Shown piece after piece: positions 13,715 through 26,473 of a stretch of DNA of 64,000 nt. The first letter of the stretch is position 1, and each line of letters opens with the position of its first letter. Under the pieces are notes generated by a model, which had not been told where the DNA came from, made no database searches, and saw nothing but the letters and a program-made list of their open reading frames with translations. The DNA is from Azolla caroliniana. Its lineage: Eukaryota > Plantae > Polypodiophyta. The DNA is taken from the NCBI GenBank assembly GCA_043228905.1, contig JBHGNT010000009.1:10788001-10852000 (forward strand), read 5' to 3'. The translations under genes were made by a program, and so were the position numbers.

Positions 13715-16700
13715 TGATACTCTCCTCTCAAGGGGAAGTCTTCTTGTAGGAGATTTCAATGCGAGAACCCAATCCCGACAATGCACAATATTTCAGATGG
13801 ATAGAAACCTAGAAATGGTGAATGTCGACCCTTTAGCCTTAGGCATAACACGTACATCAAAGGACCAAGGTGCGGACGCCACAAGCTTTGGCCATCATCT
13901 GCTTGAATTTGGAAGCTGACACCGGATAATCATATATAATGGCTTCGCCAAGTGGCCGAGCTCGGAAGACCTCACGTGTTTCCCACACGGAGGAGGGGAA
14001 AGCATAGTTGATTACCTAATAGGACGCCTTGAAGCTACCCACATGGTTAATTCCTTTTGGGTGGCCCCATGCCCCATTGGTGCAGACCATAGCTTCCTAT
14101 ACATTGAGCTAAAATGTGACAATTCCCACACCACCAACTCTAGTCAACCAAACCATCACACCATAATACACTTCACGCATGAGCTCGCTGACATTACTCT
14201 TGACATGTTCAAGCCCATCTCTCCTCTTTTGATTCTTTCTTGCCTTTAGAAAATCTCAATACAGAACTCACACACATCCTTCACTCAGCAGCAATTAGTA
14301 GCTTCCCATACACGAAAGACTTTGGTCATAGTAGAATAGGGTCTATGCCATAGAACAAGTGGTATGATGAGGATTGTAGGAGTTGTATAGATAACTTAAA
14401 GTGTCGCGACTTAGTGGCACTATTTTTTTAGTACAGGCTCGCAAAGAGATGCGCAAGATGATACGTCGTAAAAGACGAGCTTGGGAAGCATCTCAATATT
14501 GGGAACTCTACCATATGCTCATGAGTAGGGACTGCACCCGTGCATGGAAGAGACTACGGGAGCCGAGACCACAAACACCCATCGAGGATCCCAATATTTG
14601 GCATACATATGTTGAGAGACTCTACCATGTCCCGGACCAACCACCCCTTTCAATGCTTTCTACACCTCGACCTACCATGGGGACACTTTTCACGACCTTT
14701 AAGGTCACGAAGGTCATAAAAAAATTACAGCATAGTAAATCTATTGACCACACAGGATTGCGAACCGAGCACATCATATATGCTCGAGAGTGCCTAGCCC
14801 CCTTCTCACTCTAATCATCAATCGTGCCCTCGCTGAGGGTTTTTCACCACAATGGCCCATGAACACAATGACCCCTATACATAAAGGAGGGGACCCAATG
14901 AACCCAAATACATATAGGACCATTATGATAGGTCATACGCTCGCTATCATGAATAGTATTGAGACATTGAAGAAATTAGTACTAAGAGAGAATTATTAGT
15001 ACTAAGAGGAATAGAGGGTGTAGAACACTTGAGAGAAGGATAGAAATAGAGAGAGAGAGAGAGATCGAGGGAGAGAAAATGATAATGACAACGATATATT
15101 ATGTGAGAAGAATATACAAGGAAGGCTTGGTCAAGAGCTCGACCCATGTAACATAAGGTCATGGGTTCGACCCATAGTTGATTTTCGCGGCGTCAAACTT
15201 GTATGAGTGAAAAGCCACAGGATGTAGCTTTTCATCATTACCTTATTGTGACAGAATGCTACCCAATGCGGAATCTGACACGTCTGCTTCAATGATAAAT
15301 GGTTTTTCCGGATCAACGTGAGCTAGACTACGAGCCGATGTAAATGCCATGTCTGCTTCTTCAGACTAAACGAACGATTGTCCCTTCTTAGTAAGTTGTA
15401 TGAGAGGCAGAACAAGCTTTGAGTAATCCTGTATAAACTTGCGGTAAAAATTGGTAAAGCCTAAAAAGCATTGCACATCTTGCAACGAACGCGGAATTTG
15501 TCACTCTACCACTGTTTTGACCTTAGTTGGATCCATGGAGATGCCTTCCAAGGAGATCACATAGCCTAGAAATTCCACCTGGTTGCACCCGAAACTACAT
15601 TTTTTTAACTTTGCATAAAGACCATGTTCTAGAAGTCACTTTAGTACAACAATACATGAGAATCATGCTCTTCTTGGGTCTTCGAATAAACCAGTCGATC
15701 TTCCAAATAGATGATCAAAAAATCATTCAAGAGATCTTGGAATATATCATTTTCCATGTGCTTGAAGACTGTTGGCGCATTAGTGAGGCCGAATGGCATG
15801 ACCGTATACTCGAAGTGCCCATATCTGGTGCGAAATGCGGTCTTCCATTCATCTCCTAGTCGGATCCATACGAGGTTATATGTCCCCCGTAAGTCGATAT
15901 CTGTGAAGAACCTTACACCATTGATCCGTTCTAAAAGACTTGAGATAAGGGGAAGTGCATACCTATTTTTGATATTGACCTTATTCAAGCCACAGTAATC
16001 TACAACGAGACGAAGTGATCCATCCTTTTTCTTGACGAAGAAAATGGGTGCGTCGGTTGGAGATTTCGAACACCGAATGAAACCATTTTCCAAATTCTCC
16101 TCTATATAGGCTCGAAGGACTTCTAACTCAGTTGGTGACAAATTGTAGATCGGTCCCCATGGTGGCTCTTTTCTTGGTTGTAAATCGATGGGGCAATCAT
16201 ACGGTCGATGGTGAGGAAGTGTATTGGCTTGTACTTTATCAAACACATCGGCATAATGATGATACTTCCTTGGAAGTTGAACGGTGGACTCCTCTTTAAT
16301 GGTGTCGAAGGGTTTTATTGATATTGCGAAAAGAAACATTTCTTCCTTGTGTCCTTCCCGCAACGGATATAGCGAAATGGTTGCAATCTTATGAGTTGAC
16401 CCTCGAGCTTGTCGATACAAGATTTCTCTTGTTCTCCAATCTATGTCTGGGTTATGTAATACAAAACATGGTAATCCTAACACAATGGGATGTTCTTGGA
16501 TACTAATTATATTAAATGATACTACACATGCTAGATTATGTAGGACAATATTAACGGGCTCTGACTCTTCTATTATATTTCCGAAAGCAATGGGACGACC
16601 ATCAATGATTATTACAAAGGCTGGACATGGGAGTTTTTTGATAGATATCTGATGAGCTTGGGCAAAATTCCTATCTATGAAGTAAGAATTAGCTCTAAAA

Positions 16701-18385
16701 TCTAGAAGTGTTAAGACATGTACTGGAGGGGTACTTTTAGTACTAACTGTTACTTGGGCTACCAACACATTGCTAACTTGCTTAGAGGGAATGGAACCAC
16801 TAATGGGCTACATAGATCTAGGGTTGTCCAACCAAACGGCTCCTATTTTGGCTAGACTTAATCGTTTAACACTTCTTTTAACTGACTAAGCACATCAAAT
16901 TTGTTTGTTAGATTTGGGCTATTAGTATTATTAGGACTATCAGATATTTCTACTGAAATAGACTCGGGTTTCGTACAATTAGCACTAGCAACTATTTGGT
17001 TTACTTGTCTTCTTGGCTTATGGGGACAATTTACTACAATATGTCCTAGTCCACCACAATAAAGACATAGTCGATTTGCTCGACGTCGTTGCTTTTCTTC
17101 TTCCGATAATGGTTCGCGACGACGTGTAGTGTCAATCTCCATCAGAGTCAGAGTATTCATTGGAGACGCAGTATATGACTCCCTCGGAAAAGGTTTCGCT
17201 ACCACTGAGGCATAGGTGGGCTCTAATCTTGCCCTCGACATTTGGAATTGTCGTTCCGAACGTTGTTCGAAAAGGCGGTTGTCGCATCTCAACGCACGAC
17301 TGATTGCTTTTGTTAATGACTTTGGTTCTTCGGGGAAGGTCAAGAGTAAATCCTTGACATCATTGCGTAAATCATAACGAAATTGCTCCATCAGTGCTTG
17401 ATCATCCCAAGGGATATCGGCGACGAGTAAGCGGAATTTTGCAGCGTATGCAAAGGCTGGACGATCACCTTGGCGTAATCATTGAATTTTGTTGATTGTT
17501 GTCCTTATGCTTTCAGTATCTCCAAAACAGGCTTTAAACTCACTTACAAATTCTTCAAAATTCTTTAGTAATGGAGATTCCTTTTCTAACAACGAAGCGA
17601 ACCATGCCAATGTTGAGCCACTAAGTAGAGTGCCTACTAGTCCCACTCGTGATGTATCAATGGGATATCGAGAAGGATGCATTTGAATCAGTAAATGTAC
17701 CTGATTCAGAAAACCTCTAAATTGTGATTGGGTCCCATCAAATTTTGCACGAAGACCAATCTTAGGTTCTTTGTGAATCCCTTGAGTGCTTGATCCTTGT
17801 TGTTGTAGTGATACAATAGTCTCTTCAAGTTGTTATACACGTAACGTCAGCTCCCCGTGTTGTTTTTCCAACGGTATTTGTTGAAGATCCCCCAACAAAC
17901 GGTGATTTTCTTGTTCTATTGCTACAAATTTGTCTTTTAAGCACTGGAGCTCCGAGAAAACAGATTGGTATTCTTGAGCATTAACAGTTTCCATTTTACT
18001 AGGGAGGATAAGAGGATTAGTATGAAGGGAAAAAAGGGGTAAGAAGATCAGGGAAACCGGAAAAAAGGGGATATGTAAGAATATAAAAGGAAGAGGAGGA
18101 AAGGAGGAGACGGAAGGAAGAAAATCGGTTCAAACTGTTAGGAATAGTATTGAGATAGAGAAGAAATTAGTACTAAGGGGAATAGAGGGTGTAGAACACT
18201 CGAGAGAAGAAGAGAGAGAGTGAGTGAGTGAGTGAGAGATTGAGGGAGAGAAAATGATGATGACAACGATTTATTACGTGAGAAGAATATACAAGGAAGG
18301 CTAGGAGGCTTAAGACTGGCGTTGAACCAATTTGGTTCGAAATAATGCCTTGTGCCTCTTTTTATAGTGTTCTAAGGAGTAATCC

Positions 18386-18405
18386 TGAAGCTTCTAGAAT
18401 GTTCC
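18386..18405. promoter_or_regulatory. Heat-shock element in the Tcn1-B 5' LTR
   Basis: GAAgcTTCtaGAAtgTTC about 20 bp upstream of the minus-strand TATA at 18359-18366. Confidence 0.65.
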
Positions 18406-18472
18406 AGAGAAATTTGGAATATACATTAATTTTCTATAGTAAACCTAAATAAAAATAATATCCTACGTATTA

Positions 18473-18545
18473 CAATAGATATTGTAATGGTCAAGAGCTC
18501 GACCCATGTAACATAAGGTCATGGGTTCGAGTCTTACCATATCAT
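18473..18545 (+). promoter_or_regulatory. tRNA-like A/B-box module in the Tcn1-B LTR (partial copy 15128-15170)
   Basis: TATTGTAATGG at 18480 and GGTTCGAGTCT at 18524, offset 44 nt. Confidence 0.5.
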
Positions 18546-19980
18546 GACACTTACTAAACTATATGGTGCAGTAATGGAAGCGGAGCTCAGTGATTATATG
18601 AAAACATTAAGACTTCGAGCACTTGAGGAGGTTGGCTTTAGATGAGCCTTCTCCACTATTGACCATATCTTCACACTTAGGTGCTTAATTGACCAGGCGA
18701 AGGCTTGTAACAAGAAACTATATTGTTGCTTTGTGGACTTCCGCAAAGCCTTTGACACAGTTCCTAGGGAGAGGTTGTTTGATAGACTTAAGAGCTTGGA
18801 GATACCGAATGACATGATCTGGGCCATTTATGCCCTATATGAGCAAGTCTCTAGGTACATAAGATGCCCAAGTGGCCTATACGATTGTTTCACTGGCACC
18901 ATTGGTGTAAAACAGGGTTGCCCCCTATCACCGACTCTTTTTGGGATCTACATTGATGAGATCATTGATTTTATTGCTTGTAAGGGAGGCAAGGGAGTAG
19001 CTATTGGGGATACGCAAGTTAGTCTCTTACTCTACGCAAACGACATTGTCTTGCTCTCAGAGTCGGAACACGACCTACAAAAGCATCTTAATGCACTAGA
19101 TGAATTTTGTACACAATGAGGATAGGTAGTGAAACTTGCGAAAACTAAAGTCCTTATCTTTCATACATCGTCCCGAGTTAGGAGTAAATGTCACCTAATC
19201 CTCTCTCATAAAGTAGTTGAGGTCGTGGGATCATATGTATACTTGGGAGTCACTTTTAGTGCTCGCTCAGGTAAATTCTCGATGACCCAGGCAGCCAAAG
19301 ATAGGCTAACGAGAGGGTATGCATCCCTCTCACTCTTAGAGAGACAATGCCACCAGGCATACTTTCAAGAGCCACGGACTAAGGGATGGCTCTTCGACTC
19401 ATTAGTGACCCCTTCACTCAGGTATGCATCAATAACATGGGCTCCAGGTCTACCATCTTTCATGTGGACGCAATTAGAGAGACCTTTGGTGACGATGTTA
19501 TCACGTCAACTCCGAAGCAAATCGACTCCGAATACCAAGCCATATTAGGACCCTCTCCCACCCTCTCCAAACTATTAGATACCCCGAGTGTAATGAGACT
19601 AGGTAGGTATATTTTAGAACTAAAACAATATCAGGAGAATAAATTACAAAGTGTTAACCATAACCCTTTTACTATTCATCAACATGTAACTAGTGTAATT
19701 TTTCAGGAACAAGGGGAGACGATGAATGTGGATACACTTATGCCGCTTGGCCTCTCCCTTGAGGAAGCAGAAATGCAAAGAACAACCAAACGCCCTTGGA
19801 TGTTGGGCTTCAAAACAAGTCGACGTGGAGTAGAAAAGATTAGGAAGATAAGGCAACGTGAGCTACATCGACTAGAAGCTATGGTTGGGGTATCTTTTAC
19901 ATTGGGACCACGAGCCACATCCACATCACAACCCTTTGACCTCCCACTTCTCTACGAGAGACTTGGATGGAAATGAAATT

Positions 19981-22900
19981 AAGGTGAGTTCACACACTAG
20001 ACCAAGTTGAGCTTGATTCTCAACACACCCCCTCAAGCTCAAGTCAGGTTGGTTTTAGATGGGATTCGAAATCCGCTTTGACTAACGTTTTGGAGTTCGT
20101 GTCGACTCGCATTTATGCGGAGTTGCAGAATCTGTGCTCCAGCTTGCGTTGTGCGTAGTTGCGAAGTCTGTGCTTCGGCTTACGTCTTTCTTCGCGGCTT
20201 TGCGCGGTAGATCGGCTCTTCGCGGCTTCGTTGTGCGGTTGCGTAATCAACGCGATATTGCGTAGTGCGCAGTTTGCGGAATCCACGCGTTATTGCATAA
20301 TATGCGCGGTTTGCAGAATCCACGTGTTATTGCGTAATGTCTTCAGTACTCCCCCTCAAGCTTGGCAGGTCAGGGATCGTCAATCCGAGATCGGTCATGA
20401 ATTGCCATAGCTTGTCGGCTCCTAAGGCTTTAGTGAAGATGTCGATCGTTTGAAGATTGGTGCTAATGTGTTGTAGGTCGACATCGCCAGCTAGAACACG
20501 CTCTCGGATGCAATGATAATGCACTTTGATGTGCTTTGTCCGCGCGTGGAACACCGGGTTTCGAGCCAAATAGATACTGCTCATGTTGTCATAGTAAAGG
20601 GAAGTCGGATCCTTGATGGGTACGCCCAGATCCTTGAGTATCCTTTTGAGCCATATGGCTTCACATGCGGCCACTGTCGCGCCCATGTATTCTGCCTCTG
20701 TACTCAAAAGAGCGACGGTTAGTTGCTTTTTACTGCTCCAAGATATTGCTCCGCTGCTGAGGGAGAAAACAAATCCGGAGGTTGATCTTCTATCGACTTT
20801 GTAGCCGGCCTAATCGGCGTCTGTGTGCCCCTCGAGTCGTATTGGCATTGCGGTCTTGTAGAGGATGTCGCAATCCATTGTGCCGCTCACGTATCGTAGA
20901 ACTTGCTTAGCGCAATCCAAGTGAGTATCACGTGGTGTTTGCATGAATTGACTAAGGAGACCGACTGGATAACTGAGATCGGGTCGAGTGATCGTGAGGT
21001 AGATGAGACTCCCGAAGAGTTGCCGATATTGAGTCGGCTCACACGCTTGGGTGCCGGAGTTCGCATCTAGTTTGAGGTTGCGATCGAGCGGGGTTGTCGC
21101 GGATTTGCACTCAGCCATCCTAAACTTGTATAACAAGTTGAGGATATAGTGCCGTTGAGAGATCATGATTCCGGTCGGAGTCCGAATTACCTCGATGCCG
21201 AGGAAGTAGTGAAGCTCCTTCATGTCTGTCATCTCGAACTTGTCAGAAAGGAGGGATTTGACTTTATTGATTTCGACGAGATGCTCATCTCCAATGACTA
21301 GGTCATCCACATATAAGATGATGACGATCGGACTTGCAGAATTGCTTCGTATGTAGAGGGAGTTGTCCGATTTTGACATACGGAAGTCGATTTGATAAAG
21401 ATATTAGGTTATCTTCTAATGTCAAGCATGCGGTGCTTGCTTGAGGCCGTAAAGTGGCTTCTTGAGTCGGCATACAGCTTTCGGATGGGTGCTCGAGTTG
21501 AAGCCGGGTGGTTGTATCATGTACACCTCTTCTAATTCGCCTTGTAGAAAGGCGTTCTTGACGTCCATCTGATAGAGGTGCCACCCTTTCACCGCAGCAA
21601 ACGCAATTACGGTCCGTATCGTCGTCATCTTTGCCATTGGGGCAATGGTCTCCTCGTAGTCAACTCCGTGCGTTTGTGCATAGCCTTTCGCTACGAGTCA
21701 CGCTTTGTAGCAGTTGATGGAACCGTCGACGTTGTACTTCACTTTGTAAATCCATCTGCATCCAATCGCCTTTCTGGCGGTGGGGTGGGAACGAGATCCC
21801 ATGTCTCGTTCTTGCGTAGTGCCTGCATCTCCTCGTTCATGGCTTCGATCCATCGTAGATCCTTGGTTGCTTCGGAAAAAAGTTTTCGGCTCGCGTATTG
21901 TCGCCACCTTCATCATAAAGGCATAGTGATATGCCATGTAGTCGTTGTAGCCGAATCGGCTGACCGGATTCTTTTCATGGGTAGAGCGACAGAGCTTTTC
22001 ATTTGCAGAGATGAGGGCTTTCTTAGCTCCGATTGGTACATCGAAGCCGCCGAACTCACTGTCGAGTGAGTGAGTCGACTCGTCGTCGTCGAAGCGATCG
22101 TCTTCGTATTCTGACATTTTTGCCTTGCCTTTATCCATCTTCGGACTAGCCCGTGATATGCTTTGATCGCTCAAAGGCTCTTGTGGTCCACTCAGTCGGG
22201 TCGTGATCGAACTTTCTTCGAACATGCACGTAAGGCGATTTTCATCCTCTATCTCTTGTTCGGCGGATTCTGGGTCCAGCGGAGTCAGAGTCGGAGTTGT
22301 CTCTAGTGCGTACCAAGATGCGGACTCGTCAAAAACGATGTCTCGACTTACTCGAGATTTTCGAGTTGAAGGGTTATAGCACTTGTACCCCTTTTGCTCC
22401 AGTGAGTATCCTACGAGGATACATTTCTCCGACTTCGGGTCAAGCTTTTGACGCTTCTCGTCAGGGATGTGCACGTACGCTATCGCGTCGAATATCCGGG
22501 TGTGCGATAAGTCCGACTTCTTTTCGAAGTATTTTTCGTGCGTAGTGACCTCGTGCACGCCGGATGTTGTGCATCGGTTCATTAGGTAGACCGTCGTATT
22601 TGCAGCTTCGGCTCAATATGACTTGGGCATATGCTTCTCGTTCATCATGGCCCGTGCTACTTCGAGGATGTGCTGATTTTTGCGCTCGGCTACTCCGTTT
22701 TGCTGCGAAGTGTGTCGGCAAGTGAATTCTCGTCGAATTCCTTCCTTTCGGAGATACACCGTGAAATCGTTCGAGAAGTACTCCTTGCCACCATCCGATC
22801 AAAGACAACGTACATGTTTGGAAGTGTCTGAACACTTCGCTCTTTTGTCGCATCGGGTAGATCCAAGTGTGCCTAGAGAAGTCGTCGATGAAGAGCACGT

Positions 22901-25153
22901 AATATCGGCATCCGCCGAATGTAGCCGTCTGCGTCGGTCCCCATACGTCGGAATGGACTACGTCGAGTAGACCTTTGCTCACGTTCCACTCTTTCGGGAA
23001 TGGGTGTCGGTGTTGCTTACCGAATTGGCACACTTCGCATACACCTTCAATCTCCTTCTCTTTGAATGTCGAGAGTCCGATGACAACTCCTTTCGATTTC
23101 ATTGGTTTGAGTTTGGTAAGATTGATGTGGCTGATTCGCTTGTGCCACAGCTCTATGTCGGAGTTGCCTTTCATGCCCTTTGCGAACATGGCCGATTTCA
23201 TCTCATGTGAGTCGAGAATGAACATTCGGCCCTCTCTTCGTCCGTGTGCGATGAGTCGGCCCTCTTTTTCAATGAAGTAACCACCTTTTGATTAAATCGA
23301 ACTTGCATCCCTTGCTCTACAATTTGGCCGACGGAGACCAAATTCTTCGTAATGGTTAATACATGCAAGACATTTTTAATGTAATTTTGCTTACCTTCTT
23401 TTCCGAACGGAACATTGCCGATATGCCGAATCGGGTGCGTAGTGTCGTCTCCGGTTTTGACATTGTCGGGTCGGTCCGGCTCTCGAAGTTCTCAGAACCA
23501 TTCTTGATGCGATGTCATATGGTTCGAGGCACCGGAATCGACGAACCATACGTCTTCCGGACCAGAGGCCGACATAGAGTTTGCTCTATGTTTCATCATG
23601 AACATTCCGCCACGGTCGGAGTTGTGTGCATACATTTCGCCACGATCGGAATCGTGTGCATACATTCCGTCATGATCTTCGTAGTCGGAGGTGTGCGCGT
23701 AATTCGTGAGTTGTCGGCTTGTAGAAGTCGTTTCGCGCATCTTCTTTCGGCACTCTTCTTCGTGGTGGCCAAGCTTTCTGCAATATCCGCATTCGGTTGC
23801 GTTTTGACGGCTCGGGCCAGAGTGGAAGCTCCCCCTTCTTACGAAGGTTCCTCGTTGGCTTCCGTTTTGCGGTCGAAATTGGGAGTTGTTGTCGTAGGTC
23901 GGACCTCGTCCGCCTTGTCCTTGGCCGAATCGGCCTCTCGCTCATCCGCATCCTCTTCCTCCGTTCGAGTGCATGTAGAGCATGTGGCCTTCCGACTCAT
24001 TGCTCCTTGTACGCATGTGGTTTTCTTCGACCAATAGCATTGATTGGAGCTCGAAGAAGGAGGGAGATTTCTCCTTGCAAGAGCGGCGGTTCGCATCGCA
24101 CCGAACCGTGGTACGAGGCCGTCGAGGCATATTTGCACCATCTCATCATCATCTATACTTACACTTATCGAGCCGAGCGAGTCGCAAAGCTCCTTGATCT
24201 TCAAGGTGTATGTCGTGATGGACATATCCCTTTGTTGAATGTTGTTCAACTCTTAGCGGAGTTGAAGCCTTCTTGCGGTTGTGTTCGCCACGAAAATCTT
24301 TTGTAGATTTTCCCATGCCTCCTTTGGCGTCTTGGCTTCGCGAATGTAGCCAAGCATGTGATCGTGAACACATGTCACCAAGCAATACATCACGCAGCTT
24401 GCGGCTTGCTCCCATGTCGCGTATCCGAGAGCCGCTTTGGCGGGTCAGTCTTCGTGCTCTCCTTTGATGTAGCTCCAATAGCCTTGTCCGACAAGGTATT
24501 GGTGCATCTTGTACTCCCAAGATGCGAAGTTGTTTCGATCCAACTTCTCGATAGAGAGAGCGCTCCCCATTTGAGTATTCATTATGTCGATTCTTCTTCT
24601 TCTTCTTCTTCTTCTTCTTCTTCTTCTCTCTTCGAATGCGAACTATGTAGCGAAGCTACGATAGTGATGAGCCGGTTCTTGGTCGTCGGCGTAGAGCACA
24701 ACACACGATCACGATGAGGTGAATGGGCTAGATCGAGCTACCAAATCGCTCTGATACCATGTAAAGAATCAGATATAATTCTCGTGAAGCAAAAGAGATG
24801 TGAGTTATGTGTGTGTATGAGAGAGAGAGTGTGAGTGAGTGAGAGAGACAAGGAGTAAGACATAGAGAATACGCAAGGTAAAAGTATTTAACAAAGGAGA
24901 AAGACTTGACTAAATACAAGGTGGGAGGAGGGTGCTTTATATAGTCACCCTCTCTCTTCATTAACTACAAGACTCATGGAGCATGGGGAATGTGAAAGCT
25001 CATAAGTTATATGTCATAGAATATGATTCTATGACTCATACTAAATGCTAGAATACAAAGAGGTGACATAATAGTAACTCTTGACCATTAGAGAGCCTAT
25101 TCACTCTCAAGATGAGTTCACACACTAGACCAAGTTGAGCTTTATTCTCAACA
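19981..25153 (-). mobile_element. Copia-C (defective); 3' LTR reduced to about 45 bp
   Basis: 5' LTR 24760-25153; PBS TGGTATCAGAGC at 24748-24759; 3' LTR remnant 19981-20025 with PPT. WFVDSGASNHM, integrase, YVDD and ARTKHI motifs. Confidence 0.9.
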
Positions 25154-26473
25154 CTTATTTATCTTATTTTTATTTTTACTTTCGATGAATGGGTAAATAT
25201 CCCATTTTTTTGTAAACCATTTGTCTTATAGACCAATTTTGGCCTTAGAAGACGTTAATATATCTTTCTTTCTTTCTCTCTCTCTATTTCTTTGTTCTGC
25301 TAGACAACAACTACCCGTATATACCTAATCTAGATCAACCTCTCAGCTTTGATACCATGTTAGAAATATTGAGAATCGATTAGATAGGTATATAGAGTTA
25401 CAACCACAGAGATGGATATATGAAAACAAAACTTCTATTACATATGAGAGTAGCTCACAATGGTAGTTCACCCATGCGCTCACACCTTAGAGCTTAGATG
25501 GGATCTGGACTAGCTCACTACAAAATTAGTGGGGACTGATGAACAATACACCACTGTGTAAGAGAGTGGATTATGTTCTTTGTTTGGTCTAAGTGTAACA
25601 TTAAATATGCATGTCAGTTGATAATAGTGGAGATATTCCTTTTCTGTCATCTGACTTGTCATTTAATATGACCTAACTCCCTAGATATAGGTTAGTGCTA
25701 GATAGTACTTATCTTGAAGTCAATGGCACATACTTTAAGACTAAGTACATTGTAACTTACCCACAAAATATTCTAGTATACTTGATTAGCCAATCCTATT
25801 ACCTATTTCGCTTTTTCCTAAATCCATTGTGTTCTATGCATTTATCGACCCATATGGTTGAGTTGCACACTAGCCGCTCCTCATTTGTGGCGCTATCACA
25901 AAATGTGCACTCTAAGAGCACATATGGGGATAGAACTTGGGGCTGATCATTAATTATATCTAACAACATGGTCATATTTTTAGGAGCAAATTGTGAAATG
26001 AGCATAATCTGAAACCAAAAACATGTAAAATTTCAAAGTTCAAAGCCATGACCTTATAATAACAAAAGCACAAGTTTTGCTACTTTTTTATCACATCTAT
26101 ATAATCAAATTTGTTAGATGAAAGGCATTGCATTTAAAAATGTGTGTTTAGCATGTATAAGGATCGAATTTGATGATCTCAAACAAGTTTTAAGTAGATA
26201 GCGAACTGAAAAGAAAAGAGTGAATGATCTCATGATATAATGACTTCATCAACACACAAATTTAACATGCAATGTGGTGTTCTTATATAAGAAAAGGTAA
26301 AACAATGTTTGTAGATGTTGACCATTTGAAACACAACCACCATAGCTATGTGTTGATGTGTATCGATTTTGAGGGGGGAAAAGTCTAGTTAGTTTGCTTG
26401 TATGTGGCAATTCTATCATTGGAGCTATCCAAATGTGTGATAATCTCATTGAATCATAATCTCATATGAGTAC

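Larger units (their letters stand above)
14945..18549 (-). mobile_element. Tcn1-B: Tcn1-like Ty3/Gypsy element, internally deleted (no integrase)
   Basis: 5' LTR 18136-18549; deleted 3' LTR 14945-15170; degenerate TSD CTCGC/CTTAC. PEG10-like gag with CLYCGGLGH knuckle, protease, RT (FVKKKDGSLRLVVDY, YLED). Confidence 0.88.
13720..25284 (+). mobile_element. 5'-truncated non-LTR retrotransposon (RTE/RTEX-like LINE) inserted just upstream of the Copia-A gag ATG; interrupted by Tcn1-B and Copia-C
   Basis: APE motifs LLVGDFNART and DHSFL. RT motifs VDFRKAFDTV, GVKQGCPLSPTLF, LLYA(N)DIV, YVYLG. The frame GHTLA|KLYGAVME continues across Tcn1-B. (TCTT)n/(TC)n tail at about 25262-25284. Clade assignment is an inference. 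Confidence 0.82.
9011..25965 (-). mobile_element. Copia-A LTR retrotransposon (defective), host of nested insertions
   Basis: LTRs 9011-9641 and 25358-25965 (TG...CA; about 27 substitutions plus one 23-bp indel by eye). tRNA-iMet PBS 25346-25357; PPT next to 9642; flanks share ACAT. gag 13714-12819, protease WILDSGAS, integrase, RT YVDD, RNase H ARTKHIE. Confidence 0.93.
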
